DNA of 64,000 nt from Patescibacteria group bacterium (GTDB lineage: Bacteria > Patescibacteriota > Minisyncoccia > Phycocordibacterales > SIBU01): assembly GCA_040390045.1 (NCBI GenBank), contig JAZJZC010000002.1, positions 101,113 through 165,112 on the forward strand, in the 5' to 3' direction. Both the position numbers and the translations under genes were made by a program. Shown piece after piece: positions 28,769 through 38,228 of the stretch (positions are counted from its first letter, which is position 1; each line of letters opens with the position of its first letter). The notes below the pieces were generated by a model that was given only the letters and a program-made list of their open reading frames with translations, did no database searches and was not told the DNA's origin.

Positions 28769-29347
28769 ATGAAACTTTCGCTGAAAAATTCAAAAGGCTT
28801 TACCCTCATAGAAATTTTGGTTTCCATCGCGCTTTTTGGTTTTGTGATGCTTGCCACTACGTCAACATTATTGAGTCTTGTTGATGCTAATCACAAAGCA
28901 CAATCAACTAAAACCGCAATCGATAACCTGAGTTTGGCGCTTGAAAGTATGACGAGAAATATTAGAACTGGCACACAATATAACTATGCTGGCGGCCATC
29001 ACTGTTCATCAACGTCGGGTGGAAGCACGGATGGGTATACCGGTATAAGTCTTAAAGACCAGAAAGGTAATGACCTAAGTTATTCTTGGGTTGAGGGGAG
29101 TGACGATATTAAAAAAACCCTTAACAGTAATACCTTCACTATCACCTCTCCAGAAATTACTATAGATCGTTTGTGTTTTTATATTGCGGGAACTAGCGCA
29201 ACTGACGGGACCGGTGAAGAACAGCCGATTGTTTCCGTGACGATTGGCGGAGTAGTCAACAACACGATTGCCGCAGGGGCCAAGCAAAAAACGGTTTCTC
29301 GTTTTGATATTCAAACATTAGTTTCGCAGAGAGTTTTGGATATATAA
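28769..29347 (+). CDS. minor pilin / pseudopilin
   Basis: [28 protein letters not shown] prepilin motif. Confidence 0.7.
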   Translation: MKLSLKNSKGFTLIEILVSIALFGFVMLATTSTLLSLVDANHKAQSTKTAIDNLSLALESMTRNIRTGTQYNYAGGHHCSSTSGGSTDGYTGISLKDQKGNDLSYSWVEGSDDIKKTLNSNTFTITSPEITIDRLCFYIAGTSATDGTGEEQPIVSVTIGGVVNNTIAAGAKQKTVSRFDIQTLVSQRVLDI

Positions 29348-29351
29348 TTAT

Positions 29352-29954
29352 ATGACAGTGTTGCAACCAGTAAAAAAAGTTGGGAACCTTCATCATTACA
29401 AAAAGCGTAATGCCGGTTTTACCATCATTGAAACCATTGTGGCGATCGCGATACTCGCTGTGGCCGTGGTTGCGCCACTCTCTCTTGCGCAACGGAGTTT
29501 GAACGCTGATATCTATGCTCGAGATCAAGTTACCGCTTTTTATTTAGCTCAAGAAGCGGTTGAGTATGTTAGAAATATCAGAGATGGTAATGGTTTAAGT
29601 GTCACCCCCTTAACCGGCTGGCTCGATGGGCTCAATGAGTGCACAGGAAATAATTATTGTGGTATTGATCCTTCTAATCGCGAGCCACCGAGTCGCATCA
29701 TCGCCTGTGATCACTTGAGCAACAATGATGGCTGTCAATTAGTTTTTGATTCATCATTAAAAATATACAGAGCAATGGTAGGAGGCGAGACAGCAAGCAG
29801 TCTTTTTCGCAGGGAGCTTCAAATACGACCAGTCGGTAGCCTTTTGCCAAATGACGCGGCTGATATTATTTCGACTGTGACGTGGCAGGTTGGGAGTATT
29901 ACAAAAACCCTTGTAATTAATGCTAGAATTTTTAATTGGTATCAGTCGTCGTAA
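29352..29954 (+). CDS. minor pilin / pseudopilin
   Basis: KKRNAGFTIIETIVAIAILAVAVV prepilin motif. Confidence 0.7.
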   Translation: MTVLQPVKKVGNLHHYKKRNAGFTIIETIVAIAILAVAVVAPLSLAQRSLNADIYARDQVTAFYLAQEAVEYVRNIRDGNGLSVTPLTGWLDGLNECTGNNYCGIDPSNREPPSRIIACDHLSNNDGCQLVFDSSLKIYRAMVGGETASSLFRRELQIRPVGSLLPNDAADIISTVTWQVGSITKTLVINARIFNWYQSS

Positions 29955-29958
29955 AAAA

Positions 29959-30067
29959 CACGGAACATGGAGCACAGAACACAGAACAGAAAAAAAGAAG
30001 GAAAGAGCCGCGCGCTTTGCGCGCGGCCTTTTCCCCATGCTGCATGCTCCATGATTCATGCTCCATG
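29959..30067. repeat. R2 palindromic element (no cargo) enclosing a terminator hairpin
   Basis: cacggaacatggagcacagaacacagaacag ... gccgcgcgctttgcgcgcggc ... catgctgcatgctccatgattcatgctccatg. Confidence 0.65.
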
Positions 30068-30497
30068 CCAAAAGGGTTTCGCCCTCTTGTTCGCCGTGCT
30101 CGCCTCAAGCGTTTTTCTCTCAATCGGTATCGCCATCTGGAATATTTCTTTGCGCCAGGTTCTTTTTTCTTCTTTCGGTCGGGAATCACAAGTGGCTTTT
30201 TACGCCGCTGATGCTGGCATTGAGTGTGCACTGTTTTATGACACTAAACATGATTATTTTAATCCCGATGATCCTGCTACTGTAATGAATTGTGGTGGAG
30301 GAGATGTGATGATTGATCCAGATGCCAATCCCGTTTTTACCATATCGGATATTAGGCTCACGGATTCTGATACAGGTCCCTGTGTCGATGTGACAGTTAC
30401 GAAAGATCTCATCACCACGGTGGAAGCTCGAGGGCATAATACTTGCGACACTTTAAGTCCGACACGAGTAGAGCGCGGGTTGAGAGTAACCTACTAA
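30051..30497 (+). CDS. pilin-like protein lacking Glu5 (GspK/PilX-type minor pilin candidate)
   Basis: MIHAPCQKG|FALLFAVLASSVFLSIGIAIW. The first ATG of the listed ORF (29967, MEHRTQN...) lies inside the R2 repeat and is probably not used. Confidence 0.45.
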   Translation: MIHAPCQKGFALLFAVLASSVFLSIGIAIWNISLRQVLFSSFGRESQVAFYAADAGIECALFYDTKHDYFNPDDPATVMNCGGGDVMIDPDANPVFTISDIRLTDSDTGPCVDVTVTKDLITTVEARGHNTCDTLSPTRVERGLRVTY

Positions 30498-30502
30498 TCC
30501 CC

Positions 30503-32521
30503 ATGGCTCGCATTCCAGAAGGCATTGTGAAAAGACTCGAAAAGCTTCGAGCGACGATTGAAAAAGAACGCTACGCGTATCACGTTCTTGATAAACCCGA
30601 AATGTCAGAAGCGGCGCTCGACTCGTTGAAGCACGAACTTGTGCAAATTGAAACAGAATATCCGGAACTTATTACTCCTGATTCTCCTTCGCAAAGAGTG
30701 GCGGGGAAGCCCTTGCCGCAATTTACCAAAGTGCGTCACACGGTACCGCAGTGGTCGTACAACGACGCTTTTAGTCCTGAGGAGATGGTTTTGTTTGATG
30801 AGCGGGTGAAGCGTTTTTTAAAAACGGAAACCAAAAAGGACATTTCTCCAACCTACACCTGCGAACATAAAATCGATGGTTTAAAAATTGTGCTTGAATA
30901 TAAAAAAGGACTACTTTTCCGAGCAGCTACGCGAGGAGACGGTACTATCGGTGAGGACGTTACGGAAAATGTTAAAACTATTGAATCGGTGCCACTTCGA
31001 CTCACCGAGTCAGTGGATATTATTGTTGAAGGTGAAGTGTGGATGGCCAAAAGCCAATTGAAAATTTTGAATGATGCGCGGAAAATTGCGGGCGAAGAGC
31101 CGTTCGCCAACCCAAGAAATTTGGCTGCTGGTTCTATTCGCCAGCTCGATCCTGCTGTGGCGGCGTCTCGAAAATTACAGACATTTATTTATGACGTTGC
31201 ACAGTACGAGAAAAAATTACCCGACGGTCAGTCGGCAGAATTGGAATTATTGAAGCGCTTGGGTTTTAAAGTAAATCCATATTACAAACATTGTAAAAAT
31301 ATCTCTGAAGTGGTGGCCTACTGGATGGAATGGCAAAAAAAGATGAACAAAGAGGATTATTTGGCTGATGGGGTGGTGGTGAAAATTGATGAACGGATCT
31401 ACCAGGAAGCACTGGGCTACACCGGCAAAGCGCCGCGATGGGGAATTGCCTTTAAATTTGCTGCAGAGCAAGTGACAACCATCGTAGAAGACATTGTACT
31501 GCAGGTTGGGCGAACGGGAGTTTTGACGCCGGTAGCTCATTTAAAACCTGCGACGGTGGCGGGTTCCTTAGTTTCGCGAGCCACGCTTCACAATGAAGAC
31601 GAAATCAAACGACTCGATGTCAGAATCGGAGATACAGTAATTCTACAAAAAGCCGGGGATGTTATTCCCGACATTGTTTCCGTAGTTACAGATTTACGGA
31701 CTGGGAAAGAAAAACCTTTCAAATGGCCGACCCATGTCGAGGCGTGTGGAGGAGACGGTAGTATCGAAAGAATTCCAGGAGAATCTGCATGGCGCTGTGT
31801 TAATAAAAACTCCTTCCCTCAGGTTAAGCGAAAATTTTATCATTTCGTTTCAAAAAAATGTTTCAATATGGATGGGCTTGGTCCTAAAATAATTGACGTG
31901 CTTTTAGAAAATAATTTAATCGCCACCTTCGATGATATTTTTAAATTGAAGCGCACTGACCTTTTGGCGCTGCCGCGATTTGCTGAAAAATCAGTCGATA
32001 ATTTGCTTGAAACAATAGAACATTCACGAAAGGTGACCCTGCCGAGATTTTTGGCGTCACTTTCGATTCCGCAGGTTGGTGAAGAAACCGCCTATGACTT
32101 AGCCAATCATTTTTTCAGTCTAAAGGCAGTTTCAAAAGCCACATTTTCTGAGCTTGAAGTCATCAATGGTGTTGGGCCAGTTGTCGCGCAGTCTTTGGTG
32201 GATTGGTTTAAAGAAAAAAATAATCGCGCGCTAATCAGTAGATTAGAGTCCCAGGTAGTTATTGAAAAAGTGGTAAAGCCTGACGTTTCAAAATTGCCGC
32301 TTTCTGGAAAATCTTTTGTCTTGACTGGAACACTCGCCTCAATGAGTCGTGATGAAGCGGGGCAAAAAATCCGCGCGCTTGGAGGAGAGGTTTCAAGTTC
32401 GGTCTCAAAAGCTACCAGTTTCTTGGTCGCAGGGGAAAGCGCTGGTTCGAAATTGGATAAAGCTCAAACTCTCGGTGTTTCAGTTTTGAGCGAGGAACAG
32501 TTTTTGAAAATGTTAAAATAA
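30503..32521 (+). CDS. ligA: NAD-dependent DNA ligase LigA
   Basis: Start MARIPEGIVKRLEKLR. KIDG adenylation motif (CEHKIDGLKIV), Zn-finger cysteines and a C-terminal BRCT domain. About 672 aa. Confidence 0.9.
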   Translation: MARIPEGIVKRLEKLRATIEKERYAYHVLDKPEMSEAALDSLKHELVQIETEYPELITPDSPSQRVAGKPLPQFTKVRHTVPQWSYNDAFSPEEMVLFDERVKRFLKTETKKDISPTYTCEHKIDGLKIVLEYKKGLLFRAATRGDGTIGEDVTENVKTIESVPLRLTESVDIIVEGEVWMAKSQLKILNDARKIAGEEPFANPRNLAAGSIRQLDPAVAASRKLQTFIYDVAQYEKKLPDGQSAELELLKRLGFKVNPYYKHCKNISEVVAYWMEWQKKMNKEDYLADGVVVKIDERIYQEALGYTGKAPRWGIAFKFAAEQVTTIVEDIVLQVGRTGVLTPVAHLKPATVAGSLVSRATLHNEDEIKRLDVRIGDTVILQKAGDVIPDIVSVVTDLRTGKEKPFKWPTHVEACGGDGSIERIPGESAWRCVNKNSFPQVKRKFYHFVSKKCFNMDGLGPKIIDVLLENNLIATFDDIFKLKRTDLLALPRFAEKSVDNLLETIEHSRKVTLPRFLASLSIPQVGEETAYDLANHFFSLKAVSKATFSELEVINGVGPVVAQSLVDWFKEKNNRALISRLESQVVIEKVVKPDVSKLPLSGKSFVLTGTLASMSRDEAGQKIRALGGEVSSSVSKATSFLVAGESAGSKLDKAQTLGVSVLSEEQFLKMLK

Positions 32522-32524
32522 TTA

Positions 32525-33202
32525 TTAAAAACTCATTTGTTGAACCCGGTATTCAGACAGAGGGATTACGCGGCCGTCCTTTTTTAGTTCAATATTATTC
32601 CATAATACAAACATTTCGTCTGTTGGATAGGATTTAGCGGCACTTTCTCCTGGTGCACCAGTCCACGGATCAAAATTATTAAAATCTTGTGTAAAAATTG
32701 ACGCTAAACTAATTTTTTTACCATCGTTGGCAACAAGATATAGTTCTACATTTTCTGATCCAACGTCTTTTTTAGACTCTAAGATTGAATATGTATTTAA
32801 GTCTATGCTCGTGATAAGAGAACCATCTAATTTACAGCACTCGAGAATACGATTATTATCCTTAGAAAAATAACCATTTCTAAAATAACCGTATGTATTC
32901 AAAATTTTTGATCTGATCAAAAATCCAACATACGCGATGACGACAACAGAACCAATAAACCCGTAATAAACGGCCGGTAGAATAAACAGTAATGCTAGGA
33001 TACCCCGCAAAGTTTCATTCATTAATCCGCCCAACCATCCGCCAAAAGCAGCACTCAGAACAACAAGAAGGCAAAATAATATTAAACAAACTATTGAAAT
33101 AAAAGTAAGGATAACAGCACATACTACTGTTTTTAAAGTTGTTGTTCTTTGGGCAATATAAACCGTGTTGTTATTTCGAGTGTCAAAATTTAGGGACAAC
33201 AT
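32525..33202 (-). CDS. hypothetical membrane protein
   Basis: 225 aa with two or three TM helices. Convergent with ligA. Confidence 0.4.
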   Translation of the reverse strand: MLSLNFDTRNNNTVYIAQRTTTLKTVVCAVILTFISIVCLILFCLLVVLSAAFGGWLGGLMNETLRGILALLFILPAVYYGFIGSVVVIAYVGFLIRSKILNTYGYFRNGYFSKDNNRILECCKLDGSLITSIDLNTYSILESKKDVGSENVELYLVANDGKKISLASIFTQDFNNFDPWTGAPGESAAKSYPTDEMFVLWNNIELKKDGRVIPLSEYRVQQMSF

Positions 33203-33278
33203 ACTTTATAATACTATCACGAAAATAAGGTAAAGAAATTATATTAACCAATTTTTGGTTTTGTGTTACCATTGAGCC

Positions 33279-33563
33279 ATGATCAGCATTAAAGAAATTG
33301 AAAAATTGGCTGAGTTGAGCCGGCTTCAGTTGTCAGAAGAGGAAAAACAAGCTTTTCAGAAAGACCTCGAATCTATTTTGGGGTACATAGATCAGATTCA
33401 GAAAGTTTCCGCTGATTTGTCGAGCGAAAAAAAAGCTGGCGTCATTCACAATGTGTTACGCGATGACACTGCTCCGTATGCGAGTGGCATGTATACCGAA
33501 ATTTTGATTTCCGCCGCACCAAAAAGGGAAAGTAACTATCTCAAAGTAAAGAAGATACTTTGA
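33279..33563 (+). CDS. gatC: Asp/Glu-tRNA amidotransferase subunit C
   Basis: MISIKEIEKLAELSRLQLSEEEKQAFQKDLESILGYIDQI is a typical GatC. 94 aa. Confidence 0.8.
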   Translation: MISIKEIEKLAELSRLQLSEEEKQAFQKDLESILGYIDQIQKVSADLSSEKKAGVIHNVLRDDTAPYASGMYTEILISAAPKRESNYLKVKKIL

Positions 33564-33570
33564 GATAAAT

Positions 33571-33685
33571 TCGAAGCACTAAGCACGAAATTCGAAACAA
33601 ACCTTTAAATTTCAATGTTTAAAATTTCAAAAATTAGAACTTAGATATTGTTTCGAATTTCGATATTCGTATTTCGTGCTTAACA
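33571..33685. repeat. R1-related palindromic element (aagcacgaaattcgaaac ... gtttcgaatttcgatattcgtatttcgtgctt)
   Basis: Inverted-repeat arms 33581-33598 and 33650-33681 in the gatC-gatA spacer. The ttcgaatttcg / atttcgtgctta motifs recur at 43050-43095. Confidence 0.6.
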
Positions 33686-33686
33686 T

Positions 33687-35123
33687 TTGTTTCATATGAT
33701 CGATTTAAAAAATCTTACAATCACCAAAGCTCACAACTCCTTGATGAAAGGAGAATTTACTGCTGTGGAATTAGCGACCGCTTACCTCGAAGAAATTACT
33801 TTAAAAAATAAGGAGCTCAACGCCTACATCGAAGTCTATGGCGATGTTTTGTCCCAGGCTGAGGCCGCGGATAAAAAAATTAAAGATGGTAGCGCTACTA
33901 CTTTGACAGGAATTCCAATTGCGCTTAAAGATAATATTTTAATTCAGGGCAAACATGCGAGCGCGTCTTCAGGCATTTTGGAAAATTATGTAGCAAGTTA
34001 CGATGCGACAGTTATCACCAAATTAAAAGCGGCCGGCGCGGTATTTTTGGGACGAACCAATATGGATGATGCCGCCATGGGTAGTTCAACGGAAACTTCT
34101 TTTTATGGAACCTCGCGAAATCCTCACGACACTTCGCGCGTGCCAGGAGGTTCAAGTGGTGGCTCGGCAGCGGTGGTTGCCGCTAATTTGGCACTCGTGG
34201 CTTTAGGGTCAGACACGGGCGGTTCGATTCGCCAGCCAGCCGCTTTTTGCGGTTTGGTGGGACTTAAGCCAACCTACGGATCAGTTTCAAGAAGTGGTTT
34301 GATCGCTATGGCTTCGTCACTCGATGTCATTGGTCCAATTACTAAAAATGTTGAGGATGCAAAAATACTTTTTGATTGTATCAAGGGAAAAGATTCTCTA
34401 GACAGCACTTCATGGGATTTACCAAAATTGCCAGACATTTCAAAAGCTGGAAAGAAATTTGTTATCGGTGTGCCGAGAGCCTTTACCGAAAGTGAGGGCA
34501 TTGATCAAAGTGTGACGGATAATTTCAAAGTCTCAATTGAAAAATTAAAAAGTCTTGGGCATACCATTACAGATATCGTTCTGCCAAATATTGCTGCTTC
34601 ACTCGCGGTCTATTATGTGTTGATGCCCGCTGAAGCTTCAACCAATCTTTCGCGTTTTGATGGTATTAAATACGGCTTGTATATTCCCGGAAATAATTTA
34701 CTCGAGGACTACAAACTTTCAAGAGGTAAGGGCTTCGGTCGCGAAGTGCGTCGCAGAATTTTGCTCGGCGCCTACGTGCTTTCTTCCGGATACTACGATG
34801 CGTACTACAATAAGGCGATTGCGGTGCGAGATGTCATCACTCGAGATTTTGAAAAAGCCTTTGAAGAAGTTGATTTTGTTGTGACGCCAACCACCCCCTC
34901 ATATGCGTTTAAAATCGGTGAAAAATCGAGCGACCCACTCTCAATGTATCTTGCGGATATTTTTACCGTGAGCGCCAACATCGCCAGTATCCCTGCTATT
35001 TCCGTACCGTCGGGTTTTGTTGAAGTTTCTGGTAAAAAATTGCCGCTGGGCTTTCAGTTCATGGCCAAAGCAGGTGAGGAATCTTCACTTTTTTCAATCT
35101 GCAGTGATTTTTGTGGAGAATAA
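33687..35123 (+). CDS. gatA: Asp/Glu-tRNA amidotransferase subunit A (amidase)
   Basis: Amidase signature GGSSGGSAAVVAANLALVALGSDTGGSIRQPAAFCG. 478 aa. The start may instead be M4 at 33696. Confidence 0.9.
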   Translation: MFHMIDLKNLTITKAHNSLMKGEFTAVELATAYLEEITLKNKELNAYIEVYGDVLSQAEAADKKIKDGSATTLTGIPIALKDNILIQGKHASASSGILENYVASYDATVITKLKAAGAVFLGRTNMDDAAMGSSTETSFYGTSRNPHDTSRVPGGSSGGSAAVVAANLALVALGSDTGGSIRQPAAFCGLVGLKPTYGSVSRSGLIAMASSLDVIGPITKNVEDAKILFDCIKGKDSLDSTSWDLPKLPDISKAGKKFVIGVPRAFTESEGIDQSVTDNFKVSIEKLKSLGHTITDIVLPNIAASLAVYYVLMPAEASTNLSRFDGIKYGLYIPGNNLLEDYKLSRGKGFGREVRRRILLGAYVLSSGYYDAYYNKAIAVRDVITRDFEKAFEEVDFVVTPTTPSYAFKIGEKSSDPLSMYLADIFTVSANIASIPAISVPSGFVEVSGKKLPLGFQFMAKAGEESSLFSICSDFCGE

Positions 35124-35141
35124 TTTTAAGTTTAAAAATAT

Positions 35142-35771
35142 ATGTCATCAGAAGTAAATTTTTCACTAACCGGCCTCTATCAGCTAATCTACAATCTTTT
35201 ATCTGGAAAATATTTTGCCGATGGTGGCACGTTGCTGTCACTGTTCCACTCATTTCTAATTTTTATTCGCCCATTTTCTATTTTGTTGACCCTGCTTTTT
35301 TTGACCGGAATTATTTATTGCATCATTCGCACGGGAGAGGTGCTTAATGAAATTAAACACGGAAGCGGTCACGGACACGGAGCTGCTCACGGAGGAGGAC
35401 ACGCTCACGCCGCTCCAAGCGCCGCCGCGCATCACGACCATAGTTCAGAAAATAAGGAAAATCCTCGTTGGGAAAAAATTACTCACCATATCAATTCCAC
35501 CAATCCAAGCGACTGGCGGTTGGCCATTCTTGAGTGCGACATTATTCTCGACGAAATGCTGACCAAGATGGGATATCATGGAGATACTTTGGCTGATAGG
35601 TTGAAGGGGGTAGAGAAAAGTGATTTCCTCACAATCGATCAGGCGTGGGAGGCGCACCGGGTTCGAAATGCTATTGCGCACGATGGTAGTAATTTCCAAA
35701 TTACGGATAGGGAGGCGAAAAGGGTTGTTGGATTGTATGAGATGGTGTTCAAAGAATTTAAGTATATCTAA
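35142..35771 (+). CDS. membrane protein with His/Gly-rich linker and C-terminal HEPN-like (R-x4-H) domain
   Basis: Two N-terminal TM helices, then HGSGHGHGAAHGGGHAHAAPSAAAHHDH, and a C-terminal ...AHRVRNAIAHDGSNFQITDREAKRVV. Confidence 0.4.
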   Translation: MSSEVNFSLTGLYQLIYNLLSGKYFADGGTLLSLFHSFLIFIRPFSILLTLLFLTGIIYCIIRTGEVLNEIKHGSGHGHGAAHGGGHAHAAPSAAAHHDHSSENKENPRWEKITHHINSTNPSDWRLAILECDIILDEMLTKMGYHGDTLADRLKGVEKSDFLTIDQAWEAHRVRNAIAHDGSNFQITDREAKRVVGLYEMVFKEFKYI

Positions 35772-35774
35772 TAT

Positions 35775-35903
35775 TTCAATACGAAAATACGAATTATATA
35801 TACGAACATACGAAATAATACGAAAACTATTCTGGTGTTACTGAAATTTTCGTATCGTTTCGTATTTTCGTTAGTCCGCATTTCGTATCGAAGGACGAGA
35901 CCA
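35775..35903. repeat. R1 palindromic intergenic element (copy 3)
   Basis: caaTACGAAaaTACGAAttatatatacgaacatacgaaataatacgaaaac ... ttttcgtatcgtttcgtattttcgttagtccgcatttcgtatcgaaggac. The 3' 37 nt are identical to copy 1. Confidence 0.7.
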
Positions 35904-35945
35904 AAAAAGTTGATTTTTTAATGGGGAAGTGTATACTGTGGCCTT

Positions 35946-36641
35946 ATGAAAACGCCGATTATATTAGAAGTTTCTCCACGACAACCAAAGGAAAAATTGG
36001 CTGATCTTCGCAGTTCTGGCAAGATGCCAGCGGTTTATTATGGAAAAAAGCAGGCCTCAACTCCTGTATCTGTTTCTTTGGTGGAATTTATGAAAGTTTT
36101 TAAAAAAGCTGGAGAGTCAACTGTTGTGACTTTGAAAACCAAGGAAGGCGAACTCGATTCTCTCATCTATGATGTCGATCGCGATCCATTATCTGACAGC
36201 CCACGACATGCTGATTTTTACGTATTCGAAAAGGGTCAGAAAATTAAAATTAAAATTCCTCTTGAGTTTACCGGAGTGGCTCCTGCAGTCAAAGATCTCG
36301 GTGGAGTTTTGGTGAAAGTGCTTCGTGAAATAGAAATTGAAGCGTCTCCAAAAGATTTACCATCAGTGCTTCATGTTGATGTGAGCACTCTTGTTAATTT
36401 TGAAAGTCAGGCATTGGCCAAAGATATCATTCTTCCAGAAGGTGTAGTTCTCGTTGAGAAACCGGAAGAAGTGGTGGCTTCTGTCTACGAACCAAAAGAA
36501 GAAGTGGTGGAGGTTGCTCCAGTCGATCTCTCGAAGATTGAAGTGGTAGCTAAAGGAAAAGAAGTGAAGGAGGGTGAAGAAGGTGCAGAGGCCGCTGCCG
36601 CTCCAGAAAAAGCTCCTGAAAAAAAGGCTGATAAAAAGTAA
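35946..36641 (+). CDS. rplY: ribosomal protein L25 (Ctc/general-stress form with acidic C-terminal extension)
   Basis: MKTPIILEVSPRQPKEKLADLRSSGKMPAVYYGKK is an L25 N-terminus. 231 aa. Confidence 0.8.
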   Translation: MKTPIILEVSPRQPKEKLADLRSSGKMPAVYYGKKQASTPVSVSLVEFMKVFKKAGESTVVTLKTKEGELDSLIYDVDRDPLSDSPRHADFYVFEKGQKIKIKIPLEFTGVAPAVKDLGGVLVKVLREIEIEASPKDLPSVLHVDVSTLVNFESQALAKDIILPEGVVLVEKPEEVVASVYEPKEEVVEVAPVDLSKIEVVAKGKEVKEGEEGAEAAAAPEKAPEKKADKK

Positions 36642-36665
36642 CTTTACATTTAGAATCTTAAGAAA

Positions 36666-36708
36666 AAACCCATCCGATTCGCCGCGGCGAATCGGATGGG
36701 TTTTTTTC
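36666..36708 (+). terminator. rho-independent terminator (aacccatccgattcgccgcggcgaatcggatgggtt + T7)
   Basis: 16-bp stem followed by tttttttc. Confidence 0.75.
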
Positions 36709-36776
36709 GATACAAGCTTCATCTCAACTTTTGTAGTAGAATTAAGCTATGCCTAGATAGGAGGTTGGCGTTTTTC

Positions 36777-38135
36777 ATGGCTAAAAATTTAAAAATCATC
36801 ATCTTTTTGAGTCTTTTTGTGAGCGTTTTAATGCTCGGCCATTTTACGTGGGCCCAAACTGCTACTGACGACGCTGTGGCCAAACGCCAGGCCGCGCTTC
36901 AAGCAGAGTTGGATAAAACCCAAAAAGATATTGACTACTGGGCAAATATTTTGGCCGGCAAGCAAAAAGAAACCGCCTCAATTTCCCGAGATATTTCTAT
37001 ATTAAATGCAAAAATTGCCGAGGCTAACGCGCTCATTAAAAAGAAAAATATTATAGCTCAGCAACTCGGGAAGGATATAACCGCGAAAGTTGCCACCATT
37101 GAAACACTCGATCAAAAAATGGAAAGGCAGAAGTCTGCTTTAGCAGAACTTATCCGAAAAACCAATGAGGTCGAGAGCTATTCAGTGGGTGAGCTGGTGT
37201 TGAGTGGCAAACCGCTTTCCGATTTTTTTGTGGACTTGGAAGCTTCTGGTTTTATTACCGAATCACTCAATTCTGCACTCGCGCTTGTGCGTGAGACTCG
37301 TATTGAAACAGAAGCGGAGAAAGAGGATTTGAGTAAAAAACAAGCGGCGGAAATTGACGCGCGTAAAGCGGCAGAAGCCGAGCAGAGATTGGTGAAGAAA
37401 AACGAAGAGCAAAAAAAACAACTGTTGGCTGTTAACAAAAATCAAGAAAAAGCCTACCAGAGTATTTTATCTGAACGGCAAAAAGCGGCGGCAAAAATTA
37501 GGTCAGCGTTGTTTGCACTTCGTGATAGTGCCTCGATTCCTTTCGGCACAGCCTATAACTATGCGTTGGAAGTTCAAAAAGTAACCGGCGTGCGCCCAGC
37601 ATTTTTGCTCGCCATTCTAACTCAAGAAACTAATCTTGGTGAAAACGTTGGGCAGTGCCTCGTTACCAATTTGGTTACTGGAGATGGCGTCGGTAAAAAT
37701 ACAGGAACAGTTTTTAAAGGCATCATGAAGCCGACCAGAGACTTAGCGCCGTTTATTAATTTGGCCAGTCGTCTTGGTTTTGATCCTGCTTCTCAGCCAG
37801 TATCTTGTCCTCAGGGCGGAGGGTACGGCGGAGCTATGGGGCCTTCACAATTTATTCCTTCGACATGGGTTGGATACGAAAAAAGAATTGCTGCAGCGAC
37901 TGGTGTGGCAATTCCAAATCCGTGGATAGCTCACGATGCGTTTTTTGCTTCAGCTTTGTATTTGGCTGATCTGGGTGCTGGAGCAGGGGGCTATTCAGCT
38001 GAATCTGCCGCTGCGGCAAAATATTATGCAGGAAGTAATTGGAAAAAAACTGCCGGGCAAAATTATGCTTCGAGCGTCATGGGACACGCTCAAAATATTC
38101 AGGAGAATATGATTGATCCGTTGCAGAATCTTTAG
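36777..38135 (+). CDS. secreted coiled-coil protein with C-terminal MltB/Slt35-like lytic transglycosylase domain
   Basis: Start MAKNLKIIIF lies 7-8 nt after a GGAGG RBS; signal peptide present. ILTQETNLGEN and GAMGPSQFIPSTW motifs are typical of lytic murein transglycosylases. Confidence 0.65.
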   Translation: MAKNLKIIIFLSLFVSVLMLGHFTWAQTATDDAVAKRQAALQAELDKTQKDIDYWANILAGKQKETASISRDISILNAKIAEANALIKKKNIIAQQLGKDITAKVATIETLDQKMERQKSALAELIRKTNEVESYSVGELVLSGKPLSDFFVDLEASGFITESLNSALALVRETRIETEAEKEDLSKKQAAEIDARKAAEAEQRLVKKNEEQKKQLLAVNKNQEKAYQSILSERQKAAAKIRSALFALRDSASIPFGTAYNYALEVQKVTGVRPAFLLAILTQETNLGENVGQCLVTNLVTGDGVGKNTGTVFKGIMKPTRDLAPFINLASRLGFDPASQPVSCPQGGGYGGAMGPSQFIPSTWVGYEKRIAAATGVAIPNPWIAHDAFFASALYLADLGAGAGGYSAESAAAAKYYAGSNWKKTAGQNYASSVMGHAQNIQENMIDPLQNL

Positions 38136-38175
38136 GATAGATTTAAGATTCACGATTCAAGATTTAAGAATGGGA
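38133..38175. repeat. R3 motif (atagatttaagattcacgattcaagatttaagaat)
   Basis: An almost identical 40-nt motif recurs at 45376-45421 after pheS. Confidence 0.5.
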
Positions 38176-38185
38176 AAAGAAAAAA

Positions 38186-38220
38186 GCGGCGCGCATAAGC
38201 GTAACCCTTATGCGCGCCGC
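38186..38220. terminator. bidirectional terminator hairpin (gcggcgcgcataagcgtaacccttatgcgcgccgc)
   Basis: 12-bp GC-rich stem with an A-tract upstream. It serves convergent genes. Confidence 0.6.
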
Positions 38221-38228
38221 AGTTGCTC

